Shown here: piece by piece, positions 19,427 to 29,529 of the stretch
How the letters are laid out: each line of letters opens with the position of its first letter
Position numbering within the stretch: the first letter of the stretch is position 1
Source of the DNA: a bacterium
GTDB taxonomy: Bacteria > Patescibacteriota > Minisyncoccia > Phycocordibacterales > Phycocordibacteraceae
Assembly (NCBI GenBank): GCA_021833245.1
Contig: JAKBGA010000001.1
Location: 7,466-71,465 of the forward strand
DNA length: 64,000 bases
Direction: 5' to 3'
Position numbers and translations under genes: made by a program
The notes under the pieces: generated by a model
The model's database searches: none
Told to the model about the DNA's origin: nothing
Seen by the model: only the letters and a program-made list of their open reading frames with translations

Positions 19427-20275
19427 TTAACCATTGCGCTTCTTGCCAACTTTACGACGTGAAATTATAAATGTATTTGAATACTTTTTTGGAGTACGTG
19501 TTTTTTGACCCTTGCCCGAGGGTTTACCCCACATGGTCTTCGCGCGGCGCAATCCACGACCTTGTTTACCTTCGCCGCCACCGTGCGGGTGATCAACGGG
19601 ATTCATAGCGGTACCGCGAACTGTGGGACGAATACCCATCCAGCGACTACGACCAGCTTTGCCAATAACGACTAGATTATATTCTTCGTTACCAACAGTA
19701 CCGACACTTGCCCACGCGAGATCCGATATTTTGCGTATCTCAGTTGATGGAAGTTTTAGCTGTGCATAACCTGCATCATGCGCAACTACTTCGGCAAAAT
19801 TTCCTGCGGAACGGACAAGACGTGCTCCAGCACCAGGTGAAATCTCAATATTATAGACGAAAGTACCCACCGGTATCGAACCGAGCGGAAGGCGGTTACC
19901 CAAAGCAATCGGTGCGTCGGCAGAAACGATAAAAGAATCGCCGACTTTCATTGCTTTTGGCAAGACAACGTAACGCCGCGCGCCATCCCGATAAAGCACA
20001 AGTCCGATGAATGCAGAACGGAATGGATCATACTCAATGGTTTCAATTTTTGCCGGTATATTTTTTTTATCATAGTAAAAGTCCACATCACGCAACCGAC
20101 GCTTGTGACCACCGCCCTGGTGGCGCGTAGTGATGCGGCCAAAAGCGTTTCGACCACCTTGCCGTTTCTTTTTTTTCAATAAAGGTTTGTATGGTACATC
20201 ACCGGAAAGAAGCTCCTTGTATGGGAGTGTGGTCATAAAACGACGACTTTTTGTGGTTGGACGATAGGATTTCAT
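19427..20275 (-). CDS. rplB: 50S ribosomal protein L2
   Basis: GRNAFGRITTRHQGGGHKRRLRDVDF...GTAMNPVDHPHGGGEGK is an L2 sequence. Confidence 0.95.
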   Translation of the reverse strand: MKSYRPTTKSRRFMTTLPYKELLSGDVPYKPLLKKKKRQGGRNAFGRITTRHQGGGHKRRLRDVDFYYDKKNIPAKIETIEYDPFRSAFIGLVLYRDGARRYVVLPKAMKVGDSFIVSADAPIALGNRLPLGSIPVGTFVYNIEISPGAGARLVRSAGNFAEVVAHDAGYAQLKLPSTEIRKISDLAWASVGTVGNEEYNLVVIGKAGRSRWMGIRPTVRGTAMNPVDHPHGGGEGKQGRGLRRAKTMWGKPSGKGQKTRTPKKYSNTFIISRRKVGKKRNG

Positions 20276-20281
20276 AAAATT

Positions 20282-20656
20282 TTAAGCAAATTGTATGCTG
20301 TCACCATCAGCAAGATAGACGTAGGCCTTATGGCGTGATGTTCTGGAGCCCTCGCCACGCCGAGTGCGTAATGCTTTGTGCTTCGCTGGAAGATTAACAA
20401 TATGCACCTTACGCGGCTCTACATTATAAATCTCTTTGAGAGCACCTGCGATTTCGGCCTTCGTCGCACGTGCAGGGACCTCGAACGTATAGACTCCCTT
20501 TTCGGTCATGATAAGTGCCTTTTCGGAAAACCATGGCGCATGAATTACATTATGCGCAGTCCCGTTAGTGGGCGTCGTGCTACGTACACGATGTGTGCGC
20601 GTGGCTTTACCTTTCTTCTCTTTCTTATTTTTCACTGTAGTACCAAAAATTGCCAT
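20282..20656 (-). CDS. rplW: 50S ribosomal protein L23 (N-terminal extension)
   Basis: HNVIHAPWFSEKALIMTEKGVYTFEVPARATKAEIAGALKEIYNVEPRKVHIVN is an L23 sequence. Confidence 0.85.
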   Translation of the reverse strand: MAIFGTTVKNKKEKKGKATRTHRVRSTTPTNGTAHNVIHAPWFSEKALIMTEKGVYTFEVPARATKAEIAGALKEIYNVEPRKVHIVNLPAKHKALRTRRGEGSRTSRHKAYVYLADGDSIQFA

Positions 20657-20662
20657 AGTAAT

Positions 20663-21397
20663 TTATTTAGATTTGACCCGGGCGGAAAGTGCAGCAAATG
20701 CAACCTCCGGATTTTCAATAATGAGATACTTGTGCGTCAAAATATCGACAGGATTCAGATTGCGAACCTCTTCAGTCATTATGTTCCCGAAATTATTAAA
20801 ACTTTTAGTGGTGTGCGCATTGTATGTGGCAAGCGCAAAAAGCACTGCGTTCTTCCTTTTTGTGGCAATATCCGCTATAGCGGTGCCCTTCGCGAGCTTT
20901 TCTAGCATACTCTTTGCGATCATCGTCCTTGGCGCATTAAACGTAAGGGCATCAATAAGGATTATTTCACCATCTTTAGCTTTCCGAGAAAGCACTGAGA
21001 CGAGCGCGCCAATACGCATCTTGCGGTTAACTTTCTCACTATAATCACGCTCGCTTCGCGGACCGAACGTTATCCCCCCATGACGCCAGATTGGTGAACG
21101 ACTAGAGCCGTGACGCGCCTGTCCAGTTCCCTTTTGTTTCCACGGCTTCTTACCCCCACCCGAGACTTCTGCACGATTTTTAGTATGCGCACGGTTCTGA
21201 CGTGCATTGGCCTGCATTGCCGTTGTTACCTGGTGTACAAGATCAGCTCGCCATGGTGCACCGAATATGCTCTCTGGAAGGGTAGCTATGCCAACCTTTT
21301 CACCATCCATGGAAAAAACTGGCATCTCACGCGGTGCTATCATAGCTTTTGTCGAAAATCTCGACTTCTTTTGAGGAGTTTTCTTTGCGAAAGTCAT
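20663..21397 (-). CDS. rplD: 50S ribosomal protein L4
   Basis: SGGGKKPWKQKGTGQARHGSSRSPIWRHGGITFGP is the L4 signature. The start was refined to the Met at codon 30. Confidence 0.9.
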   Translation of the reverse strand: MTFAKKTPQKKSRFSTKAMIAPREMPVFSMDGEKVGIATLPESIFGAPWRADLVHQVTTAMQANARQNRAHTKNRAEVSGGGKKPWKQKGTGQARHGSSRSPIWRHGGITFGPRSERDYSEKVNRKMRIGALVSVLSRKAKDGEIILIDALTFNAPRTMIAKSMLEKLAKGTAIADIATKRKNAVLFALATYNAHTTKSFNNFGNIMTEEVRNLNPVDILTHKYLIIENPEVAFAALSARVKSK

Positions 21398-21404
21398 AGT
21401 ACGT

Positions 21405-22019
21405 TTAAATAGAAACAACCTCGAGGAGCGTGCCACGACGACCGGGGACAGCACCCGAAACAATGATCTCGCCAGCCGCCACATCGACCGCGAGCACTTT
21501 AAGATTCGCCACGGTTACGCGATCGCCACCCATGCGACCAGCCATACGCATACCCTTTGCGACACGACCACCTGCACGACCACCCGACCCGCCGATGGAG
21601 CCTGGTGCACGCTCAGTATGCTTTTGACCATGCGTGCGCGGGCCACCGTGGAAACCGTGCCGTTTCACCACTCCTGCAAAACCTTTGCCCTTAGTGATGC
21701 CAGAAACTCGTACTATATCGCCCACTGTAAAGACCGACGCGTCAATCGTGTCGCCAATCTTCGCCACATCTTCGGTATGAAACTCGCGAATAGCCTCATA
21801 GCCTCTTCCTTTAGTATGCCCAAGAACAGCCTTGCTAATGTTTTTCGTTTTACGATTACCTTGACCGACTTGAGTTGCCGCATAACCATCTCTACCGTCT
21901 ACAGTCTTCACCTGCGTTACCGTTACTGGATCGGCGATGAGAATGGTTCCTGCGCGAGCACGACCATCCTCCCCGAACACACGGGTCATGCTTTCCTTCT
22001 TGGCAAGAATAAATTTCAT
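21405..22019 (-). CDS. rplC: 50S ribosomal protein L3
   Basis: MKFILAKKESMTRVFGEDG...FAGVVKRHGFHGGPRTHGQ is an L3 sequence. Confidence 0.9.
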   Translation of the reverse strand: MKFILAKKESMTRVFGEDGRARAGTILIADPVTVTQVKTVDGRDGYAATQVGQGNRKTKNISKAVLGHTKGRGYEAIREFHTEDVAKIGDTIDASVFTVGDIVRVSGITKGKGFAGVVKRHGFHGGPRTHGQKHTERAPGSIGGSGGRAGGRVAKGMRMAGRMGGDRVTVANLKVLAVDVAAGEIIVSGAVPGRRGTLLEVVSI

Positions 22020-22132
22020 TTTTAAAGCAAAACGCGCAACAGCAAGTCGCTTTGCGCGAGGTTGCTATAGGACCAGTCGTGGGCACCGTTCGTAGCGTTA
22101 ACAGCACTCTACACAAAATCATAAAAATATGC

Positions 22133-22163
22133 AAGAAAAAACCACATGTCCAAAAAAGACATG
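22133..22163 (-). terminator. rho-independent terminator after the inserted sugar transferase gene, overlapped by a promoter-like element for rplC
   Basis: The minus strand has a CATGTC/GACATG stem with a 7-nt loop, followed by GGTTTTTTCTTGC. Further downstream on the minus strand are TTGCAT, a 17-nt spacer and TAGAGT (about 22106-22134), which look like -35/-10 boxes. Confidence 0.5.
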
Positions 22164-22166
22164 CGG

Positions 22167-22739
22167 TTAAAGGCCATTACGCCCTAAAACTGTTTTGACG
22201 GTTCGGGAAAGAATATATAGATCAAGTAGGAAACAATGGTGGTTAATATAGAAGGATTCTAGACGGAAAACACATCGAATACCGCGTTTGAGCGACCACA
22301 TTCTCCCATGGATCTGCTCAAGCCCGGTCAACCCGGGCCGAACGTTGTTAAGTCGAAGCGCGTATTCAGGAATCTCCTGGATACACTTTTCAACAAATTC
22401 AACCCGATGAGGACGTGGGCCAACTAGACTCATCTGCCCCAACAACACATTGATAAGCTGTGGTAGTTCGTCAATGTGCGTTTCACGCAAAAACTTTCCC
22501 GGCACCGTAATTCGGTTATCACCCAACAAAACCATGTCGAACGGATACCCACTTCCATCCTTCATGGTTCGAAACTTAAAGATGACAAATGACTTACCAC
22601 GATAACCAACACGAGTCTGCCGAAAGATAATCGGCCCAGGTGAAGTTACCCTAATCCAAATCGCAATAAAAAGAACCAGCGGGGCTGAAAAGATCAAGAT
22701 TATGAATGTGCATATGAGATCAAATATTCTTTTGCTCAT
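22167..22739 (-). CDS. small bacterial sugar transferase (polyprenyl-phosphate glycosyl-1-phosphate transferase; WbaP/PglC-like catalytic domain)
   Basis: One N-terminal TM helix and the Bac_transf motifs (RQTRVGYRGKSFVIFKFRTM, DELPQLINVLLGQMSLVGPRP). The start was refined to MSKRIFDL. It is inserted between rpsJ and rplC. Confidence 0.75.
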   Translation of the reverse strand: MSKRIFDLICTFIILIFSAPLVLFIAIWIRVTSPGPIIFRQTRVGYRGKSFVIFKFRTMKDGSGYPFDMVLLGDNRITVPGKFLRETHIDELPQLINVLLGQMSLVGPRPHRVEFVEKCIQEIPEYALRLNNVRPGLTGLEQIHGRMWSLKRGIRCVFRLESFYINHHCFLLDLYILSRTVKTVLGRNGL

Positions 22740-22862
22740 CACTTCCTCCTTAAAAGCGGTAAAAGTGATAGTCGCTGTATACCACAAAAATATGTATATC
22801 GTCAAGTACAAGAAACCGCCCCTACAAGGGGCGGTTTCTTGTACTTCTTTTACAGCATCATT

Positions 22863-23303
22863 CTAAACCATCTTGACGTCTATCGTAACCCCAGAAGGAA
22901 GATTAAGGTTCGTGAGGGCCTCGATCACCTTGGGCGATGGGTTCAGGATATCGACGAGTCGCTTATGAACGCGCATTTCAAACTGTTCGCGTGCATCCTT
23001 ATGCACGAACGTTGAACGATTCACTGTCCAACGTTTGGTCTCAGTTGGAAGCGGTACGGGGCCGACAACAGTTGCGTCAAAGCGGGCCGCGGTATCCATA
23101 ATCTGTTTCACCGAAAGATCAAGAATCTTATGTTCATAGGCACGAACACGAATTCGAAGTTTGTGTTCTACTGAGGGTGCTGTAGCAACTTTTTTTGAAC
23201 CGACTTTTGTCCGCGATATCTTTGATATTGTGACTTTCCCTACTTTTGATTTTGTTGCTACTGTTGTTGCCATACGAGTACTTCCTGATCCGAGTATCGG
23301 CAT
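22863..23303 (-). CDS. rpsJ: 30S ribosomal protein S10 (N-terminal extension)
   Basis: KLRIRVRAYEHKILDLSVKQIMDTAARFDATVVGPVPLPTE is the S10 core. The true start may be the Met at 23273. Confidence 0.9.
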   Translation of the reverse strand: MPILGSGSTRMATTVATKSKVGKVTISKISRTKVGSKKVATAPSVEHKLRIRVRAYEHKILDLSVKQIMDTAARFDATVVGPVPLPTETKRWTVNRSTFVHKDAREQFEMRVHKRLVDILNPSPKVIEALTNLNLPSGVTIDVKMV

Positions 23304-24502
23304 TACGCTGTAATCTTGGTCACGACACCAGCACCAACGGTCTTACCTCCTTCCCGGATAGCAAAACGTTGCTGCTCCTCAAGAGCAACTGGTGCCACGA
23401 GTTTCACCTTGAATGTGACTGTATCGCCAGGCATAACCATTTCCTTACCTTCTGCGAGAGTTACTTCACCGGTCACATCCGTCGTACGAATATAGAACTG
23501 TGGTTTGTATCCAGAGAAGAATGGCGTGTGTCGTCCACCTTCGTCCTTACCGAGAATGTAGACCTCTGCTTCAAAGTCAGTATGCGGCGTAACTGAGCCA
23601 CTCTTGGCGAGAACCTGACCGCGATGTACGTCCTCTTTCTTGGTTCCACGTAGAAGAAGACCGGCATTGTCACCCGCTTGACCTTCCTGAAGCTGCTTAT
23701 TGAACATTTCGATGCCTGTGACAGTCGTCTTCGACGTCGCCTTGATGCCGACAATTTCGACTTCCTCACCAACTTTTACAGCACCACGCTCAATACGCCC
23801 AGTGACTACCGTGCCTCGACCTTCAATCGAGAAGATGTCCTCGATGGGCATGAGGAATGGTTTGGTGAGCTCACGCTGCGGCATGTCGAAATAAGTGTCC
23901 ATTGTGTCGACAAGCTCTTTCACCTTCATGGCGTACTCGTCATTGGCGTCCTTCGCCTCAAGAGCGCGGAGACCGGAGCCACGGATAATTGGCGTGTTCG
24001 CACCGTCATAACCCTGCTTCGTAAGCAACGCATGAATCTCCTCTTCGACAAGATCAACGAGATCTTTGTCGGCCACCATATCCACCTTGTTAAGGAAAAC
24101 GATTAACTTCTTGAGGCCAACTTGCTTCGCGAGTAAGATATGCTCGCGCGTCTGCGGCATTACACCATCAGTTGCGGCAACTACGAGGATTGCGCCGTCC
24201 ATTTGGGCAGCACCCGTGATCATATTTTTTATGTAGTCGGCGTGTCCTGGGGCGTCAATGTGCGCGTAGTGACGATTCGGTGTTTCATATTCAGAGTGGT
24301 GGAGGGCAATAGTAATACCGCGTGCTTTTTCTTCTGGGGCGCTGTCAATTTTATCGACGCCTTCAACACGAGCGCTATAGCCCTGTCCTGAAAGCATCGA
24401 AAGAACGTGTAGAATACCCGCCGTGAGTGTCGTTTTTCCATGGTCCACATGACCGATGGTGCCAACGTTCATGTGCGGCTTGTTGCGATTAAATTCTGCC
24501 AT
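23303..24502 (-). CDS. tuf: elongation factor Tu
   Basis: [17 protein letters not shown] and NKVD are the GTPase motifs. Length is 399 aa. Confidence 0.97.
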   Translation of the reverse strand: MAEFNRNKPHMNVGTIGHVDHGKTTLTAGILHVLSMLSGQGYSARVEGVDKIDSAPEEKARGITIALHHSEYETPNRHYAHIDAPGHADYIKNMITGAAQMDGAILVVAATDGVMPQTREHILLAKQVGLKKLIVFLNKVDMVADKDLVDLVEEEIHALLTKQGYDGANTPIIRGSGLRALEAKDANDEYAMKVKELVDTMDTYFDMPQRELTKPFLMPIEDIFSIEGRGTVVTGRIERGAVKVGEEVEIVGIKATSKTTVTGIEMFNKQLQEGQAGDNAGLLLRGTKKEDVHRGQVLAKSGSVTPHTDFEAEVYILGKDEGGRHTPFFSGYKPQFYIRTTDVTGEVTLAEGKEMVMPGDTVTFKVKLVAPVALEEQQRFAIREGGKTVGAGVVTKITA

Positions 24503-24764
24503 ATTAAATCGGATGATCTTAAGTTAATAAATCACGAATTAATCCGACGTCTGTCTTGCCGACAAGACAAGTGAGTCGGAACAAACTCTCGAGCTTGCCG
24601 ACCCACAAAAGCAGACAAGCCAAAGAGCGACGCCAAGATGCGTTATAGGCACTATACGCAAACGCGTTTATAAATGCAACTCACCCACGTGGATACACTG
24701 TGAAAATTATTTCCTGCTCGCGCTGATATCTTGAACGATGTCTATAGTGAATCAACTCTTCCAC

Positions 24765-26126
24765 TTACTGACTGAGTGTCCCGATCCAAACACCACCTTG
24801 AGACGTAAGTGCCACGAGGCGCATACCATCGGAGGAAGAGATAATGCTACTCCAGGAGTGCAAGCCTGCGCTCGTTTGAGCGTTCCATGTACTGCCAGAG
24901 TCGGAAGACGTATAGATATAGCCTCCAGTACCAGCGCCGGCGTCATAGATTGCCGCGAGATGCGTACCGTCGGCGGAAGAGACAATACCACCCCAGTAAC
25001 GCTGACCGGCACCAGTTTGAGCGGTCCATGTAGAACCAGAGTCCGATGATGTATAAATGTCACCGCCGCTCCCAGTTCCGCCGTCAGACGCTGCGAGATG
25101 CGTACCGTCGGCAGAAGAAACGAGACCAGACAAGGCACCCGTTGCGTCCCCCATACTATGCATGATCCATGTGGTGCCAGAATCCGAGGATGTGAAAACA
25201 CAGCTACCCACTTCGGTACACGTAGTGTCAATGACTGCGAGATGCGTACCGTCGGCGGAAGAAACAATATGACCGAGCGCGATTTGATAAGACGTACCAT
25301 CTTGAGGTAGCGTGTGAGTAGCCCAAGTAACGCCGAAATCGGCAGAAGTATAAACAACATCAAGCCCTGCAACCGCGAGATGCATACCGTCGGCGGAGGA
25401 CGCGATTCCCGATGCGTTTGTAATTTGACCGGCAGTACCAGTAATGGCGCGCTTAACCCAGGTGACACCGGAATCAGCGGAAACATATACTTCTTTGCCG
25501 TCGGTACCAGCGGCTGCGAGATGTGTACCGTCAGCGGAAGAAGTTATATACCACAATGATGATCCCCCGGGGACGGGCCGATAAACCCATGTGGTGCCAG
25601 AATCATTGGAAGTATATACACCTCCATTTGGGAGGGTATCAACTGCTGCGAGATGCGTACCGTCGGCGGAAGAAGTGATGGTGGAAAAATATAAGGTTGA
25701 TGAACTTTTTGCTTTATATGAACCTTCTGCATTGTGTTCAGCCCAGGTCCAAGAACCCCCCGTGTTATTAATCGGCTCTGTCTGGGGCGCGGAAACATTA
25801 GAGTTATTAGAGTTAGAGTATGTAAAATACGCGAAAACCGCTCCTCCGCCAATAATGGCAATGGCGACCAAGACGATGAGTTTTGTAGAAATTGCTGCCC
25901 CTCTTTTATTTGATACATGATTTAGACTTGTTGCAGATTGCTGTTGGATCGGTGTTGAGAGGTGTGAAGAAATAGATGGTGTCGGAATACTCATTGCGGC
26001 AAATGCTGCACTGATGTCTGAAACCTGCCATCCGTTCGTCGTGAGTTCTTTTGTGATATCTTCCCTTGAAATGCCAGAGGCCATTTGTTGGCGGATGTAA
26101 TTCAGGAGTTGTTCGTTGGGCATCAT
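24765..26126 (-). CDS. membrane-anchored BNR/Asp-box repeat (beta-propeller) protein with a conserved about 40-aa cytoplasmic N-terminal module
   Basis: The N-terminus (LLNYIRQQMASGISREDITKELTTNGWQVSDISAAF) is followed by a TM helix and then about 7 repeats of SSADGTHLAA...YTSxDSGxTW, the S-x-D-x-G-x-T-W Asp-box/BNR motif. It is inserted between fusA and tuf. Several overlapping frame-shadow ORFs are repeat artefacts. Confidence 0.7.
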   Translation of the reverse strand: MMPNEQLLNYIRQQMASGISREDITKELTTNGWQVSDISAAFAAMSIPTPSISSHLSTPIQQQSATSLNHVSNKRGAAISTKLIVLVAIAIIGGGAVFAYFTYSNSNNSNVSAPQTEPINNTGGSWTWAEHNAEGSYKAKSSSTLYFSTITSSADGTHLAAVDTLPNGGVYTSNDSGTTWVYRPVPGGSSLWYITSSADGTHLAAAGTDGKEVYVSADSGVTWVKRAITGTAGQITNASGIASSADGMHLAVAGLDVVYTSADFGVTWATHTLPQDGTSYQIALGHIVSSADGTHLAVIDTTCTEVGSCVFTSSDSGTTWIMHSMGDATGALSGLVSSADGTHLAASDGGTGSGGDIYTSSDSGSTWTAQTGAGQRYWGGIVSSADGTHLAAIYDAGAGTGGYIYTSSDSGSTWNAQTSAGLHSWSSIISSSDGMRLVALTSQGGVWIGTLSQ

Positions 26127-26245
26127 AAGAACAGGTTATGTATATGCTGCAAGCGTAGCACAATCGCCGCCGTTTCGAACAGCAGTTGTTTACAAGCCCT
26201 CTCGTGGTGATTCATTTACAGTTCGCGATGACCAAACACGTGTCC

Positions 26246-28393
26246 TTATTTTCGCGAGGCGATTATGTCTTGGGCGACATTGTTCGGGACAGTATCGTAG
26301 TGATCAAACTCCATTGTCATACTTCCGCGTCCTTCGGTCATTGAGCGGAGCGTCGTGGTGTAGCCGAACATCTCGGAGAGCGGCACCTTCGCTTTAATTG
26401 TCTTGTTCATGCCGCGATCCTCCATACCCTCGATCTGACCGCGCTTACCCGAGAGGTTGCCCGTAATGTCGCCCATGAATTGCTCAGGCACAGTAACTTC
26501 CACGCGCATAATTGGCTCGAGAATGACCGCCTTTGCCTTCGATGCAGCTTCCTGGAAAGCCATTGATGCCGCGATCTTGAAGGCGATTTCGGATGAGTCG
26601 ACATCGTGATAGGAACCATCGTAGAGATCTACGGACACATCAACCATCGGGAATCCAGCAAGGAAGCCACGGGCCATCGCCTCACGAACACCCTTTTCCA
26701 CCGCCGGAATGTATTCCTGCGGAACAACACCGCCCTTTATATTGTTGATAAACTCGAAATGATCTTCGCGTGTAATATTCTTAGACACCTTTGCACCCTC
26801 TACGAGAGGTTCTAATTTCTTCATGCGGATCTTCACATGACCATACTGACCACGACCACCAGTTTGTTTAATATATTTACCCTCGGCCTCTGAAGAACCG
26901 AGAATGGTTTCACGATACGCTACTTGCGGTTTCCCTACATCCGCAACAACATTGAACTCGCGCTTCATGCGATCTACGAGAATCTCCAGATGAAGCTCGC
27001 CCATGCCAGAGATGATAGTCTCGGCAGTCTCATCATCAGTTTTGATTCGAAAGGTCGGATCTTCATCTGCAAGCTTACGAAGCGCAATGCCCATCTTCTC
27101 TTGATCTGCTTTTGTCTTAGGCTCAATACGCAAACTTACCACTGGTTCTGGAAATTTTATCTGTTCAAGCACAATGGGATTCGCCTCGTCGCAGAGCGTG
27201 TGTGAAGTTTTCGTGTCCTTCAGACCAACGGCGGCGGCAATCTCACCAGTGAATACTTTCGCGACCTCTTCACGTTTATCCGCTTGGAGACGCACAATAC
27301 GTCCGACACGCTCCTTGGAACCTGTTGTTGAATTATATACGTACGAACCAGCAGCGAGAGTTCCAGAATAAACACGAAAGAATGTTAATGCTCCAACGAA
27401 AGGATCAGTTTGAAGTTTGAAAACAAGCGCGCAAAACGGCTCATCATCTGATGCGTGACGTTCAATTGATTCGCCCGTCTTCGGATTTGTGCCAGTTGCA
27501 GGCGGAACATCGAGCGGACTTGGTAAATAATCGACAACGGCATCAAGTACGAGCTGAACACCCTTATTCTTGAGTGCGCTCCCGCAGTAAACTGGAAACA
27601 CCTCATTCGCGATAACCGCTTTACGTAGAATTGCCTTTAACTCAGAAAGTGAGGGTTCCTTGCCTTCGAGGTATGCGTTCATTACCGTATCATCTTGTTC
27701 AACAATGCGTTCTATGAGTTCAGCACGGTACTTCTTCGCATCTTCAAGAAGATTCTCTGGAATTTCTCCTTCAACTACCTCCTCGCCCATATTCCCCACG
27801 TAGGTGTACGCTTTCATTGTGAGAAGGTCGACCGCGCCCTCGTGTGCTGCCTCTTCACCAATGGGGATTTGCATGCGAATAGCCTTGGGTGAAAGTCGAT
27901 CAAGAATACTCTTGTATGAATTTTCAAATGATGCTCCAAGCCGGTCAAGCTTATTGACGAAACAGACGCGCGGCACTGACGCCTCGTCGGCGTAGCGCCA
28001 GTTGGTCTCGGACTGCGGCTCCACGCCCGCGACGCCATCGAACACGACAACAGCGCCGTCAAGCACACGCATCGAACGCTTTACCTCAGCAGTGAAGTCG
28101 ATGTGTCCCGGTGTGTCGATGATATTGAAACGGAATTTCTTGGATGCGTCCTTTTTGTCCTTCTCGCCAGTCTTGCTCCAGAAGCAAGTGATGGCGGCGG
28201 CAGTGATGGTGATACCGCGCTCACGCTCCTGCTCCATCCAATCGGTCGTAGTTTCGCCTTCGTGTACTTCACCGATCTTGTGCTGACTGCCCGTATAAAA
28301 AAGTACGCGCTCACTTGTGGTCGTCTTTCCTGCGTCGATGTGGGCAATGATGCCGAAGTTGCGCACTTTCTCAAGCGGATAATCACGGTTCAT
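26246..28393 (-). CDS. fusA: elongation factor G
   Basis: [15 protein letters not shown] and DTPGHIDF are present, with the domain IV/V sequences. Length is 715 aa. Confidence 0.97.
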   Translation of the reverse strand: MNRDYPLEKVRNFGIIAHIDAGKTTTSERVLFYTGSQHKIGEVHEGETTTDWMEQERERGITITAAAITCFWSKTGEKDKKDASKKFRFNIIDTPGHIDFTAEVKRSMRVLDGAVVVFDGVAGVEPQSETNWRYADEASVPRVCFVNKLDRLGASFENSYKSILDRLSPKAIRMQIPIGEEAAHEGAVDLLTMKAYTYVGNMGEEVVEGEIPENLLEDAKKYRAELIERIVEQDDTVMNAYLEGKEPSLSELKAILRKAVIANEVFPVYCGSALKNKGVQLVLDAVVDYLPSPLDVPPATGTNPKTGESIERHASDDEPFCALVFKLQTDPFVGALTFFRVYSGTLAAGSYVYNSTTGSKERVGRIVRLQADKREEVAKVFTGEIAAAVGLKDTKTSHTLCDEANPIVLEQIKFPEPVVSLRIEPKTKADQEKMGIALRKLADEDPTFRIKTDDETAETIISGMGELHLEILVDRMKREFNVVADVGKPQVAYRETILGSSEAEGKYIKQTGGRGQYGHVKIRMKKLEPLVEGAKVSKNITREDHFEFINNIKGGVVPQEYIPAVEKGVREAMARGFLAGFPMVDVSVDLYDGSYHDVDSSEIAFKIAASMAFQEAASKAKAVILEPIMRVEVTVPEQFMGDITGNLSGKRGQIEGMEDRGMNKTIKAKVPLSEMFGYTTTLRSMTEGRGSMTMEFDHYDTVPNNVAQDIIASRK

Positions 28394-28475
28394 AAATAAT
28401 AATGGATAAAAAAATAAAAAGCGCCGAGGCGTTCTCCAGAGAATAGCCTAGATAAAATAAATTGCAAAGTATGCA

Positions 28476-28506
28476 AAAATAAAAAGCCCACTCTTGCAGA
28501 GTGGGC
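28476..28506 (-). terminator. rho-independent terminator between the 136-aa hypothetical gene and fusA
   Basis: GCCCACTC-TTGCA-GAGTGGGC stem-loop. Read on the minus strand it is followed by TTTTTATTTTT. A 26-bp palindrome (TTATTGTGATTT/GAAAATCACAATAA) lies next to it and overlaps the ORF stop. A TTGCAA/TATTCT promoter-like pair sits downstream, before fusA. Confidence 0.55.
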
Positions 28507-28530
28507 TTAAAAATTATTGTGATTTGAAAA

Positions 28531-28941
28531 TCACAATAACTGATGCGCTTCCATGATAAAGATTTGCTGTGCCTGTGGAAGATCACAGAACAAATCTCTC
28601 AGTTCTGCCCTTGTCTTTGGCATAAGGATACTCGAGACAACGCGAATATTTACGCCATCGTAAGTCCCGTTCATTTGTAAGTGGATACGAAGAAGTACCT
28701 CTCCTGCTGGTGTACAGAATTCCACGCACTTCCGCTGATAGCGGTAGCGCACTCGGATACAAATCGCATCTCGAGTCATCTGGTCTGCAATTTCATCCAG
28801 CCGCGCCAGCAGACGGGAGATACGTAAATTTCTTCTCCATGGATTGAATTCCGCAATGCACGACAACCACGTTGGCATGTAGTATGAATTGCCGGTAACG
28901 TTCTCGCTCCTCTTTGGAACAAGCTTAACCGTTGATGACAT
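28531..28941 (-). CDS. hypothetical protein (136 aa) inserted between rpsG and fusA
   Basis: A clean ORF with a dedicated downstream terminator. No motif I can recognise, but it contains several cysteines. Confidence 0.45.
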   Translation of the reverse strand: MSSTVKLVPKRSENVTGNSYYMPTWLSCIAEFNPWRRNLRISRLLARLDEIADQMTRDAICIRVRYRYQRKCVEFCTPAGEVLLRIHLQMNGTYDGVNIRVVSSILMPKTRAELRDLFCDLPQAQQIFIMEAHQLL

Positions 28942-29062
28942 GATACGTCTCCCTATGTAATGAACAATGATAAACGGAAAATTTAACCCTGATCCGGATT
29001 TTTTGTAGCACTATTTAAATAAATAGTCAAGATTCGCACCTCCTCTACATCTTGCTTAACGG

Positions 29063-29527
29063 TTACCAGGCAAAATGTGCAAAAGCTTTATTAGCTTCAG
29101 CCATACGATGCATTTCGTCCTTTTTCTTTATCGCATCACCTTCATTCTTTGCGGCAAGGATAAGTTCATCGGCAAGCTTATCTGCCATTGGTTTACCTTT
29201 TTTTGCACGTGCAGCGTTGATAATCCAACGAAATGAGAGCGTAAGACGACGGTTCTGAGAAACTTCACGCGGCACCTGGTAATTGGCACCTCCAACACGA
29301 CGAGAACGAACCTCCATGAGCGGTGAAACGTTACGCAACGCTGTCTCGAATGTCTCGAGAGGATTGGTACCGTCTTTTTCAATGGTAGAAAACGCGCGAT
29401 AAACAACTGCACGCGCGGTGTCCTTCTTGCCATCCCACATGACAGCATTGATGAAACGATTGAGTGTTTCTGATCCATACTTAAGATCTGGGCGCCAAAC
29501 TCGCTTCTTTTTAAGAGGTCGACGCAT
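29063..29527 (-). CDS. rpsG: 30S ribosomal protein S7
   Basis: NAVMWDGKKDTARAVVYRAF...NYQVPREV is an S7 sequence. Confidence 0.95.
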   Translation of the reverse strand: MRRPLKKKRVWRPDLKYGSETLNRFINAVMWDGKKDTARAVVYRAFSTIEKDGTNPLETFETALRNVSPLMEVRSRRVGGANYQVPREVSQNRRLTLSFRWIINAARAKKGKPMADKLADELILAAKNEGDAIKKKDEMHRMAEANKAFAHFAW

Positions 29528-29529
29528 AT

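Noticed and set aside
24738-25920. Multiple long ORFs in other frames and on the opposite strand (24752-25486, 25544-25918, 24738-25049, 25591-25920 and others) overlapping the BNR gene
   Set aside because: They are frame shadows caused by the repetitive Asp-box DNA. Their translations are low-complexity and the BNR frame is the only one with a coherent domain architecture.
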